Part shown: positions 39,771-53,000 of the stretch, piece by piece
Layout: every line of letters begins with the position of its first letter
Numbering within the stretch: position 1 is the stretch's first letter
DNA from: Pocillopora damicornis
Taxonomy: Eukaryota
Assembly: GCF_003704095.1 (NCBI RefSeq)
Contig: NW_020843392.1
Location: 62,001 to 126,000, forward strand
DNA length: 64,000 nucleotides
Reading direction: 5' to 3'
Notes under the pieces: model-generated
The model's database searches: none
Told to the model about the DNA's origin: nothing
The model's input: only the letters and a program-made list of their open reading frames with translations
Program-made: the position numbers and the translations under genes

Positions 39771-41872
39771 CTTTCAGTTATGCCCTGAGAAAAAGCGCTA
39801 TCAAACCATGAAGAAATTTTTCTCGAAATTTTCTTTACTTTCACCTGTTCACTGCTCTATCGGACAAATCTTCGCTTGGAGAGATGTCCAAGACTTAGGT
39901 TATAAGAAGGCTCTCTTTGGCCTCCTATTGGATGATTCTGACACTTGGCAATTTCTAGAAATTTAAATTTCAAAGGCGAGTCAACAAAAGATATGCAAAT
40001 CCCTCGGCCGTTCACGCTTGTATAAACAAACTGAAAAAAATTCGGTGATATTTAGCGAATTGTCCGGTTTCATCTCATGGTTTCAAAAGTACAACGGAAA
40101 AAATACGGATTATTTTTACAGTAGCTTTGAATGAAACTCGTGAAACGAATTCGAAGTTATACTAATACAGCTGTATAACTAGGCTCGTATCCTAATAAAA
40201 CCGAAGGTTTTGTTAACAGCTTTAGAGGGTAAATTACACAGCTAAAATTAATTGACCAATGATTGGTTACTAAGGAACGGAATGACCTGTTTTAAAATGA
40301 AACAAAAAAGCTCCCTCCTGTCCTCAAGTTAACTTAGACGCATCGGGTGGCCTCTTAGAGAAAAGTCAAGGATAAATGAATAAATCATTCAATGATCTGA
40401 CTGTGTAAAGCATTTCGGTTATAAAAAGATCGAAAATCAAATTCTGGTGTTTATCACTTTTTTGGTAAAGAACCATTTAAAGTCTAACTGAGAAAATTAT
40501 TTCTTAAAAGTTTTTTTTTATATTGAATATCGACAAAAGTTTAAGAAAAATTGGCGTCCTACATAGATAATTCATCATGTCAGATTTCTTTTAAGAAAAT
40601 GAATTGATCGGATGTTTTCATCTGATGAAGAAGAAGAAGAAGCTTGCATATGATGAAATTAACCCACCCTCTCCGGCTAACTAACCTCCCGTATGAAGCT
40701 TCCATAAAGTTCTTATGCACCTTCCATCTCTCTTTTACCATTGGAAAAATACTCACTACGTAGTGCGACAAAACAAAAAAAAAACTTGCTGTATAAAAAA
40801 GCCTCTGTCTGCTAAAAAACCCGGTTAAAGTTAAGGATCGCAGTTTGGCTTTTAAGTGATGTAGGTTTTCAACCAAAGAAAACTGGGAAACGTTTCAAGG
40901 AAAAAATGATAACTCGTAAACTTCTCTTCTCCTTAAGATTTAAATGAAACTCTCTCCNNNNNNNNNNNNNNNNNNNNNNNNNNNNNNNNNNNNNNNNNNN
41001 NNNNNNNNNCCCCCCCCCCCCCCCAACCCTTCCCTATTTGAGAGCATTCCCGTACTCGGACATTAATTTTGTTTCAAAACACCACGAGAGTTATGATGTA
41101 GATGAAACAGGGAATGTGACAAACTTACCGAACTCGAATCTCCTCGGCATCTTGTTCATAAACAGCTGGTGAACACAGATGATTTAGCTCGAAAATGGTT
41201 TACTTTGCGGCCTTGTTGACATCTGGAACAAAAAATAAAAATCTTAAAAATTCGACGACGTAACGTCTTACAATTATTGCTTTTCATGAGTTTACTAGGT
41301 CTCAAAAAACCAGCTTCCAAGTATTTCGAATAGACATACTAACACAGACTTTCAAAATAGCAAAATCTCGCTTATCTGGAAAATGTGAGGAGATAGTTTT
41401 GCAGCTTGTTTAGCGAGATTCGGCAATCAATAAGAAATATTGCGGGTGGTAATCTTTTAGAGAAGTTTTTAGGCCGTAGGCTAAGGAATGACCGTCACAA
41501 GTTGTTTATCTTGAGATCGCAGTAATGGCAAAATACTTCGAGAAACATTTTACAATTCGTCCCGTCTCCGCGACATTTGTTCTCCTTCCCCAGTTGATAC
41601 GTTCAAGCGCTGAAACGGCATCTGAAAGAGACAGTTTTGAGCCCTGATCAAGCGTGCATCTTTCTTCAAGCGTTACTTCCTAAATCTATTCGTGTTTTTT
41701 TATACTTTAATTCTTTAAATTTCAAAGTAGGTGCTTTCTGACTTGTTAATTTCTACATTTTCAAAATTTGCCGAATATGTTTGCTACGTGTTGCGGACCT
41801 ACTTAAAATTTTATGCAAGTTACGGGAGATTGGGGCGAGTATACAGTTTACAATGCATCATGGTATGCAAAT

Positions 41873-41885
41873 GTTTCCTAGCAAC
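41873..41885. promoter_or_regulatory. RFX X-box in the RIBC promoter
   Basis: GTTTCCTAGCAAC ~135 bp upstream of the ATG of a ciliary gene; X-boxes are the established RFX sites of ciliary genes. Confidence 0.65.
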
Positions 41886-42017
41886 CGTGCAAAGCAAAGG
41901 AGATGGTTACAAAAGGCAAGCAACAAGGAACTCAGTACTAATACAGGGAGAAAACATTACGAGAATCGACGTTTTAGCAGGATTGCAGTTTTTTAAAGAT
42001 CTTAAGAAAGAAGAGAA

Positions 42018-45000
42018 ATGTATAAACTCGACCTTCCCGTAGATATGAAGGAGAGCGCTGCCATAGAGAGGCGACGGAATCGAGAATTGCAGCGCCAAAG
42101 TAGGATTTTCAACGCTCGTGTTCGAACCATTGGGGTAAGTGTTTATTTCTTGTAGATGTGGATGGTAACAATGCTGATAATAAGAAAGTGAGTCAAAGAG
42201 ACAAGTTAAAATTTTGTTTTGATTTTAGTCAAGCAAGAGTAGTGTTTCCTATGACTTTGTTTTCGTATTTGTCTGAATTCTCTTGTTTTTCTGACGGAGA
42301 ACGCGAAACTGGGTTTAGAAATGAACACCTATTGAAATTGGTCTGATCTGAACCACCTGTAGAACCACATCAGCTAGACTACACACGTATGATTGCTTGT
42401 GGGCGTTTTTATATCGTTGAAACATTCTCAAGAATTTTACGTGTTTTTATTACCTTAAGATTGACTTGAATGCACTCAACGAGCAAGTGCAAGATCGTAC
42501 ACGACGCGAAGTTGAAGAGGAGAGGCGACATAATGCGTTCGGTAAGTCTCAATTTCCTGAAATGTCAGACAGTTGCAAACGAAAAACATTCCCTACACAT
42601 GGCCACGATCTTTCCTTTTTGTACTGTTAGAGGTAACAATATCAACTATTAGGTTGTCATTATAACAGCAAGGTTTCTGGCTTAGGTAACTCGGATGGCC
42701 GATTACGAATTCGCCAGTAAGCGCGGCAAGTAGACTGGCCCGTTAAATAGCAAAAACTAAATTGGTGCTTCTCAGCCAATCAAACTTTTAATCAGAGTTG
42801 ATAACTTTTTTCGGACGTTAACGTGGCTATCAGTAAATCAGCGACAGATGAACATACGAAATAGTACCTGTGTTTCTGTAGTTATTTTAGATCATGTGTG
42901 CAGTGCAGATAGGCAGGCTAATTTGATAGAAATATCTACCTGTAGTAATGTGCCATCAGGTAGCCTGGGTTGATAAGCATTTCTATCCAAAATCTTTTAA
43001 CAAGATGACAGGAGATTAAGTGGGGTGGGAGCTCAAGGACAGTGACAGCCACTAGTCAAGATGTGTGTCGAAATGTCTTTACCCTTTAACTCACAGTAGT
43101 GATTAACATGAAACTTCTCCCAATAATATCCAAACTTTATTCAGCAAACAGGTAATGAGAATATTCAAGCTTATCAGGTAGAAACAGCTATCTTGATCTA
43201 GCACCAAGTTCCCATAACTTATTTACAAGGAAATATGTAGCAGCTAGAGGGGAGAGTTAATAGTCAGATCTTGGGAGTTAAAGGGTTAAGGTGTCAACCT
43301 ACTATCAGGTCATTGAGACATGGGATAACTTCTGGGTGATTGTTGGTCGACTGCTAATTAATATACTGACCAAGGCTACTAATAGTGCACATGATGGATG
43401 CTCTACCTTGACTGAAATATGCTTCTTTGTGATGATTACAGCTGCTGACATGACAAGAAATGATAAAATCACTGTCTTGCTTCAGAAGCGTCAGGAACAT
43501 GACATGCGTGAGTTGAATAAGGCTGTGAATGAATTCCGTCAATCTTACCAGCAGCCATATGATAGACGTGAATTTGACTTGAATGATCCGGATAGTTTGA
43601 AGAAAGACAAACCTGCCAGGGTATCTGATGATGACCCTCGTTGTGGGGTGGCATCACTTCAGAAGTTTGTTGGGGAAGATTTGAATGGCAAGGCACGTGA
43701 AAAGTTACAGCAAGAACAAGCACGGTAAGGGATAATATTTAAGTAGAGAGGGTTAGTGACTTTTATTTACATTATATCAAGACTGATTTACATTAAAAGA
43801 TCAAAACAGACCAGCAAATTTCATAACAGTAAGGCAAGTTGCTCAATGTTACAGAACAATAATGTAGGGTTGTTCAGAAATTTGATGCAATAGTTGTCAT
43901 GAATCCTGTGTTTGTGACTCTTTGATAGTTAAAATTTTAATATCCCTTTCTGAATTTATAGGGAATGGATCAAGCAACAAACAAATGAGAAAGATCAAGC
44001 TTTGGCAAATCAGAAGTATGCAGACCATCTTTATGATTTAAAGGCAAGAGAAATGGACCAAAGAGCTTGTGAACTTGCCAGTGCTGAAGCAGATTGCAGG
44101 CGTGCAATAAATATGGCAACTAAAGATATGAACCAAGCTTTGGCAAGAGAAAGGAAGGCTAAAGAAGATGTAGATAAACAACAGGAACAAGATGACAACT
44201 TTACTGAAATATCAAACTCTGTGTTTGGTGACATGTTGACAGAAAATCCTGATGTGGCCCAGAGTGCCTTTGGACCTCACAGGGTGATCACTGATCGCTG
44301 GAAGGGTATGAGCCCAGCTCAACTGGCAGAGATAAGACGTATTCAACACGCGCAGGTGGAGGAGAAGGAGGTTAGTGTGATTTAGTGTACAGGAAACTTT
44401 TGATCAACATCCTTGATAAGTTCTTGGAAAATCTTAAAATTTGATTGTCAAACATCAATACTCAAAACTTGATCTTCTAAACTCACTTTGATTGTTGACA
44501 ATAGCAAATTCAAGTTTTGAGCTGAGATTGTCAATTTACAGTAGGTATTCTTTTGAGCAGTAGTTACAAGCATATCTATTATGGGCTCTCAAAGTCTAAA
44601 GATAATTAAAGTAAATTTCAGACTTACAAAGGAACTTTTTTAGACATGTTTGTTCATGACTTATGCTATCATCAGCTTAATGTGTTTATTATTGTTGTTG
44701 TCTATAGAGACTGAAACAGGAAGAGGGAGAGCAGGAAAAAGAATACAATAGATTGAGGTTGACGCAAGCTAAGGCAGGAATAATAGCAGAACGGGGAATT
44801 GAAAGAAAGAAAAAGGAGATTGAAAAGGACCAGGCAGATGAGAACAGAAGACTGGCAGCTGAACAAAGAGCCAAGTAAGTTTTCCAGTAATTCAAAAGTT
44901 CAAAGCTATAATACAAAGGCAGCCATGGTTACCCCACTTGCACCTTAACTGAGACATTTACTAGTTGTTGGCAAGACTGAAGTTTTACCACTCGGAGGTT

Positions 45001-45497
45001 GATCTTGCTATGATTAAACTTTGGTAACAGGTCCTTATTCTTTAAAACAGAGGTGGTTCTTATGTGGGTGGATTTGGTGGGAATGGCTGCGTGCACATGA
45101 TGTCTTTGTCTACTTTCCAAAGGCAGGCCACAGCTATTTTTGTTTTTACCTGTTTGGCAAGAACAGTTGCCTGTTTTGGCAAGAAGTGTGGGAACTGATA
45201 TGTGCAGAGCTTACAGCTCTAATTGCATGTGTTTTGGAGGACCATCTTGGAGAAATAAAGGTCTTTGAAAAGACTAGCTTGCTGCATTTAGTTTTCATCT
45301 TAAGTTTACAAGTACAAGTACCAAAAAAAAAAGATAAAGGCAACAGATGTTGGATAAGAGTTCTCAACAAAGTTGCCTGAAAACTGAGACTTATGTCCTT
45401 TGCTTTTCCTTACAGAATGGATTATCTTGACAAAGAAGTTTACACCAATCCCCCTACAGCAGCTTACTTTATGCAGTATAACACAACAAGTAGATGA
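42018..45497 (+). CDS. RIBC1/2: RIB43A-like with coiled coils (ciliary microtubule inner protein), ~379 aa, 6 exons
   Basis: Exons: 42018-42134 ([39 protein letters not shown]), 42460-42541, 43442-43724 ([40 protein letters not shown]), 43962-44370 ([29 protein letters not shown]), 44708-44874, 45416-45497 ([18 protein letters not shown]). These are hallmark RIB43A motifs. AATAAA at 45719. Confidence 0.95.
43079..43289. mobile_element. MITE, TAACCCTTTAAC..GTTAAAGGGTTA family
   Basis: TTACCCTTTAACTC ... GAGTTAAAGGGTTAA termini; the interior matches the copy at ~50845-51055. Confidence 0.8.
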
Positions 45498-47032
45498 GGA
45501 CCTCTCAATACTTTATGAAAAGCTGTAATGATAATGCATAAAATTATTAGGGAAACATGCACTTATTTGTAAACAACTTTTCCAGCTCCACAAAATGGAA
45601 ATGTTAAGGAGTTTTATGCAGTTGTCAAAATTTTATTGACATTTCAAATGTACTATATTTCCTTCTAACCTGTCTTGGTTGTACTGTACATTTAGTTTCT
45701 AGTATGTTAAATTCATTTAATAAAGAGAGTCTGTTATGACGTATGACACTAATAGAAATGTGATTTGTCCACCACTTATTTAAAGGGTGTACGAAAAAAT
45801 TCTTGAGTAACTTCTAAATAGATGTATAGATTCTCCTTGCATATCATCTAGTAATCTGGTGTGAAACAGAGGGAGAAGTAGATAGTGCATCAGAAGCCAG
45901 CAGAAGTATTACTCTGCACATTCTTTTACCCCCTTGAGTCCTACGAAACACATATTATTTCTTCTTACAATATCACCCCTTAATCAAACATTAAGGTCAT
46001 GATCACAAACCAAAGAAGCTTGGTGAGTATTAATGTCTTACCATTAACAACAATTTAAATGAACTTCAGGTCAACTTTATTTTAAACTCAATTTGCATGT
46101 CTGAAATTTGAGTTTCATAATCTTGAAACAAATACCTCAAAACAACAACTGAAGCTACTTTGGAAACATTCAATCATGAAACTTCCTCTAACCACAATAT
46201 CTCCACTAAACTTTTTATGTACACCATTTCATTTAACATATTCACAAAGTGAACAATAATTGGTAATAAATCAACAAAAATAATTTAATAGATTACATTA
46301 AGTTAAAAATTTTTGACACCTGAATAGTTTCTAGAAATGACTAGAGGTTAAATCAACACTGTTGATTTGACTAGAATGAGACTTTGAAATATACCTGTAA
46401 TACAATAAAATTCGTACTCATATTTACATCAAACTTATTATTTAGTCTTAGCACAAAAAGCCCAGTTCAGTGCTGCCATGAAAATATCCTGTTTACATCG
46501 AAGAGCTTGCTACTGCCTAAACTGTACAGTAACAAATCTCTGCTAAGATTTATGAACCCAGAACAAGGACCTCAAAAATGCGAACGAAAAAAAAAAAAGG
46601 GTCTATTATTTACAGAAGAGATAGAGAAAATGAGTTAGTTAATAGCAAGATATTTATCATTCATATCTCTGGATTCAAATGGAGGGGAAATATTTCATTT
46701 CAAATAACCTTTTGAATTTAGCACTGAGGCCATACAATACAATATGGCCTTCTAAATTGACTAATCATAGTGCAAATACTAACTGAGATCATGATACAAT
46801 AATAAATTTAATAAATTTCAATATCAAGTCTAAGGTCTGCCAAAATTTCTCAGGTTTCACAAGTTGATTGTTTCATCTTTAATATCCACCAAAACTTCAG
46901 TTGTAAACTTAAAATGTAGGTTAATGTTGAAGTTCCATCATGTTCAATTTTACAAGCTAATACTTCAGCAGAAGTAACATTTCACCATATGTTCACTTAA
47001 TAATTTGTGGAACGTGAACTTGTAATTCCCAA

Positions 47033-50000
47033 TTACAGATCATTCTGGAAAGTATTGTAGGTTGTTCGACTGTCACTCTTGTTTTTGTTGACCCTTGGCC
47101 CTTAGGAGAAATAAAATAAGATCTTTGGTATCAAAACTATTTTATTTTAAGTTTATATCAAGTGCCTCTTTGCCCATGAGATTGTAAGAGCCCAAACTGG
47201 AAATAGCTGTTAACCTTTAACCCCTAAGAGTGACCAGCATCTTATTTCTCCTCACAATATCACCCTTGAATCACACATAAAGGTTATGAGAATAAAAGAT
47301 ATGATCACCAACTAGGGAAGCTCTTGATTGTTCGCCAAATTCTCCTAGTCAATGCCTTAAAAAATTTACTGAGAACAGTATGGAGAATATGCACCCTGAC
47401 CTTATGGTGTAAAGGGTTAAAGGTTGAAATTTCATATGCTTGCCTGAGCATACAACAAAAATAGAACCCTTAAGGTAATACACTGTACCTTTGTGATCTT
47501 ATATCAATACTCTCAACTGAGAATCAAGTCTGCCTTTTACACTAACTAAAGGTAACAATTAAAATTTTGAATGAATATCGGAGTTACTGTTCAAAATCTA
47601 TTTAATAAGTCCAACTTAGAGGCTGAGCTAACTGTGATCTGTGATCCTGCAAGTGCCATTTTTGGGTCAATAACATTTTAATGAATTTCCCTTTACAATA
47701 TTAATACATTTTCATACAGAAAAGTGGTCACAAATACCAGTAAGGGTTATATCGACTGGGGTCAATTGCTTTATTTAATAACAATTTATGGAAGCTATAA
47801 TTGTAAGAAGCACATTACACTGTATAGAAATTTAATATTTAAATCTTGGGAGTGAAAGAGATGAAAAATTCATAACTTGCATTTTACTGTGAGAAACATA
47901 CCCGACTCAGAATAATTGCAGCTTATAAGGCCCTGTTCTTTTAAGTTCAGGATAGAGTCTGCAATAATTCTTGCAGTTCTCCTCTGCAACAAAAAAAAGA
48001 CCACATGATCATTGTTATTAGTCATTTTGCAGTGAATTTCTTTTGACCAACCTTAATCAAACAACAAAATTAAGGACAAATATAATTACAGTTAAATAGT
48101 TAGAAAGCTACTTTAACCCTAATAATTTCAATTTCAAGTAGTTATTTATTTCATGACTTGCCTGATATCCTCCAGAGGTCAACATAAAGATTGGAATGTC
48201 TCTCTTTCGAGCTTCTTGAAAAACAATTTGATCTCTCTCAATGATTCCCTACAAGGTGAAAATAGTTGTTTTCTAAATTTTTTACATGAAATGTTTATCA
48301 CTTACAGTGTATCAGCTTTGCATAACTCAGGAGCTAACAGCCAGGGTTTTGCTTCCCACCTCACCCCCCCCAATAAAGAACAATATAAGAACTGTTTTGG
48401 ATCATCATATTGAGAAAATGATTTATTGTCCATGCAACTGCACAAAGTTGGATTATAATAAAATGGTTCTTTTGTCCTGTAAAAAAAACCTGTACAACAG
48501 GTTGGCTCAATGATAAGAAAAATACACCAAGAGATATTTGTTCCCGCTCTGATACATGTAACAATGCACAACATGTATATATTGATCCATTGTTACCATT
48601 AATTCTGACTTTCAACAGAACATCTTCAAATTCACCTTTCACATACCTGAGGTGTTATTGCCAAGTTACCAAGAGGATCCCCAATAAGAATATCTGTCCC
48701 TGTAAAAGATAGAATCTACATGAACATGTTTTTAAAGAATTTCAAAAAAAGTTTAAAAATGAAATATGCTTTTTTTAACCATTGGTTTTTCTTTTGTGTT
48801 CCTAAAAGGCCACCAGCACCCCCCAATTCCCTCACCCCACCCCATTTCCCAGCATGGTCCAGTCCAAAGGTAAAAAGAAATCAACATAAAGTTAAGTTGG
48901 TCTCACACAAAATTCAGAAAAAAATTAACTCCAAATGAGCCCAGAATAATTTTTGCATAGCTTAGCCTCTTACTGATAACATTAAAAACCAACCCTTCAC
49001 TTTTTTTTCTTGTTAAAATTGGAAGTTCAAAAACTGAATTAACATGAATTAACATATTTTATTATATATTTGCTATTCAAGTTGACACTAAACAGTACCT
49101 GGTCAGGTATTGCTGCCTTAAGCTCACCTGCATTATATGCTATGACATCAGGATTAAATTCATTTAAAGCTTCTGGTATGTGCCTTGAACAAAGGATTAA
49201 AGGTGTGTGATTATTTATGAAGTCATCTATATGTTACAAGAGTGCACTTCCACACATATTTAGGCAGACTTTCGTACCCCTACAACTGCCACTATTACAT
49301 GTACTTGAAAAAAGGAAATAAATCTTTTTGATCACAAGGAGGCAAATAAGCCAAAAATTACGAAGCAGAAGTACAGTCAAGTAGTGTTGGAACCTGTAAG
49401 CATGACTAGGTGTGACTAGGCATGATGCACTGATGTACACACGCATAGCCTTATGGGCTGTGCAACCTTGTGGTTCTGTTTTTTCTTTGAAAGAAATCCT
49501 TGCTTGTGTTGTGTTTTGTAAGTACAGTCCCAAGTTGTAAGATTAAAATGTTCATATTGGAACTTTAAGTGGACCTAAAATACTTTCCAATAAGTTGAAT
49601 AAATTAAGAATGGTTCCCTTACTTCTTTAATAATGGAATGTATGTTTCATCATCTGTGTGATGTCTTAGCTCCAAATTTTTCTTTATTGCTCCTGTGGAA
49701 AAATGATTTGAAATCAACAATTAATACATGCTTCTGCATAGGGTCATCATTTTGAGCAGTTAAAATGATGCACAGAAGTTGCTCAAGGCATAACCCCAGG
49801 GCAGCTCTTCCTTCTTGGGTTTTCTTTAAACTTATCATTACCAGTGCTTTCTTCCTTGATAAAAGCATAACTAACCCATAAACAAATTGCTTTAAAGATC
49901 ATTAGCACATTATTTAACTGTTTTATCAAAAGAAATACCCTCTGCTGCACCTTAACAGGCACACATTATCATTAGACAGAGAAACTATTTAATTAATTGG

Positions 50001-53000
50001 ATTCTCAGAAACATCATTGAATTTGATTACAATGTATGCTAGTTTATTAGCAATGTTGTAATGAAAAATATACCAGTAGTAGCTTTCTCTCTAAACAAAC
50101 TCTCTATCCCCATCTTCACCTGAATTTTCTATGAGAACAGGACTCCTAACATCCCTACCCCCCAAAGGAATCTTTTTTTTCAGATACTTAAACATCTAAA
50201 GGAATATCCTGTTCTGGAATAATTGTGGTTGTAAACCCAGAGTAATTCCTTTTTTATTTCAGACGTCATCAGTACAATAACTAGACAGTGTCTTACCTTT
50301 GACTTTGGTATCCCCAGGGTAAATGTAAGCATTATAGACATCTATGATATACACCTGTTCATCTCCATCAAAATCAGCTTCATGACCATTACCCTGACAC
50401 AAACAATGATATAAACAATTCAACAACTGGTCATAGGTATTGCCAGAAGCATATAACATACCTCTAATTATAATAAACATAGTACCCTGTAACTCTTCCA
50501 TGATTGCCGCATGATTATTATTCTTTTCTATGCATGCAAGTTAGCCTTCTTGGCCTCCCTTGCCAAATTCTTTGAGGAAGTAAATACAAGTTCACTTCTT
50601 ATCTCTGTTTTCTCAGGCGTCACCATCATAACATATCAAACTTCTTACTTAAATTGATGGACTTAGAGGAATTCCATAAACTAAGAACTGTTTTTCTCCA
50701 TAAGATAAAAAAATACCTGATGGGCATCAAGATCAATGATCATGGCTTTATTTATGCTGTCCACATGCTTGAAAAGAAACTAAAACAAACAGAAAAACAA
50801 CCACTGACAATTAAATCTACATAAATATCAACCATACACATTTATAACCCTTTCACTCCCAGAAGTAATTAACAAATAACATCTCCTATTAATAGCACCC
50901 ATGCACTATCCCCAGCAAACAGGTTATGAAAATTATACTCAAATGTACCAGATAGAAGTTGGTATCTTGATCTAACACCAAATTCTCACAAATTATTTTC
51001 AAGGAAATGTGTAGCAGTGAGGAGGGAGAATTAACAATTAGATCTTGAGATTAGTGACCTTAAACGTTCTTAATGATCCTACACAATTTGCACTTGCATG
51101 TTATACTCAATCAAGTTTCAGATACATCATGTCATCTCAACATTAAATTGGCATATATATCAAGAAAAAGACAATTACTTAGTTTTAAATAATGGCATAT
51201 CATAATGGAGCTCCTATACAAGATATTAAATCATAAATTAAATAATTTGTGAGCCAGTTGGATTACCTTGATGGCTAATGTTATATCTGCATAAGCACAA
51301 AAGCCTCCTCCGCTGGACCCAGAGCAGTGATGGAATCCACCCCCTGAATATATGATAAATAGAAAAAAAACAAATCAAACATACATTTTAACACAAACAT
51401 CCTCATAACAGATCTAATAATATACATTTAAAAATCATGTGCATCTGATTGGCTGAAAACAAGTACATTTTTCATGTAACACATGTAAAAATTACAAAGA
51501 GCACTCAGTGCCAAAATTTTGTCCATCTTGCCTTTCTGTGATGCGTTTTTCAGGTAAATTATTAACAAGTAGTCTTAACACTTGAAATCATGTTGTTAAC
51601 TATTCAAAAATAAAATGTCACTGCATGTTATTTGGGATTGATGACAAACACAGATAAAAAAGGATCATACCAATATTTATTGCCCAGCCTCTTTCAACAG
51701 CGAGTTTGGCTGCCTGGTGGAATAAAAATAGAGATATACATGTGTCTAATCAATTTGAATGACACTAAATGAAAATAAAAAGAATTCAATATTTTGAAAT
51801 GTTGTGAAATAATAGACCTTGAGAGAATTTAAATGTTAAAATAATATTAATTAAATATGTTTTAGCAGCTATGCAAACAATTTAAAGTTACAGTAAATAC
51901 TGGTAGTTATAGTCCATCATTTATTTTCGTTCACATGCGATGAGCTTAAAAGCATCATGAGATCCAATATGCCCCAGCTAAAACTAAGGAATATCCTGCA
52001 AGAACTGCTATCTAGGATATATTCCCAGTGATGTTCTCCTATTTTCAAACCTCTAATCAATAAAAGGGTTTGTTTAAAAATTAATAAGATGAGGGGGCAT
52101 TTAGCTAAGTCAAACTAGAGAGTACAGTAAAGTAAACATCCAACACAGCAAATGGTATGCGCTCACATGCATCGCAAAAATACTTAAATTTGATACGATA
52201 ATATGCTTTTACATTTGTCATTAGACATAACATGTTCCTCAAAGCTCACAGTTTTCCTCGAGCTTTGCTCATAAAAACCATTTGCATCAGATTTGGAACA
52301 GACATTGTCTGAGGGCAAATGTCTGTGTGTATTTTTGCACCAAATGGGGGCTATTGTTTATTTATAAACCAAATTTACCAGTATTGATCCTCCAGTCTGA
52401 ATCCTCATTGGCCTGAGGACTTTACGTTGCACAATAAAGTTTGGCAGAAGAGCAAGGGGAGGCACTTCACATATCATAGCAACACGGGCACTCCACTGTA
52501 AGAGATGTACTGACAATTATTTTCTTATCAAAAGTTAACAGCACTAGCAATGTGCTACAGCTTAATATTCCTTAGCCACACACAGAAATTAAAACACTTA
52601 TTTAGCAAAAATCTAAGCCAGTAGTTGAAAAATAAATCAACTCATACAAGTTACACAAAATGTTTATCAAGTGAATGCTTCCAGGCCACAAGTATTGCAC
52701 AGATGTCCTTGTGAACTTGTCTATAAATGGGTACATATCATTCATTGCAAGCTCTAAGCCCAAGATGTTTAGATATTCATTCTTACCCTCAGGCTATCTA
52801 AATAGCTCTCTGTATGTACAACCAATAGATCATCACTGGTAACTTCCCTAGGTGTCACAACTGTGCTTTCATCAACCATCTTTCCATCTGAAACACAAAA
52901 TTTACCAACTTGAAATAAGGAGCCTGAGTTTAAATTTACCCACAACCACAACAATTTCAAAAACTTTTCAATAAATCATAGCACAGTCACAAAAAAAAGA

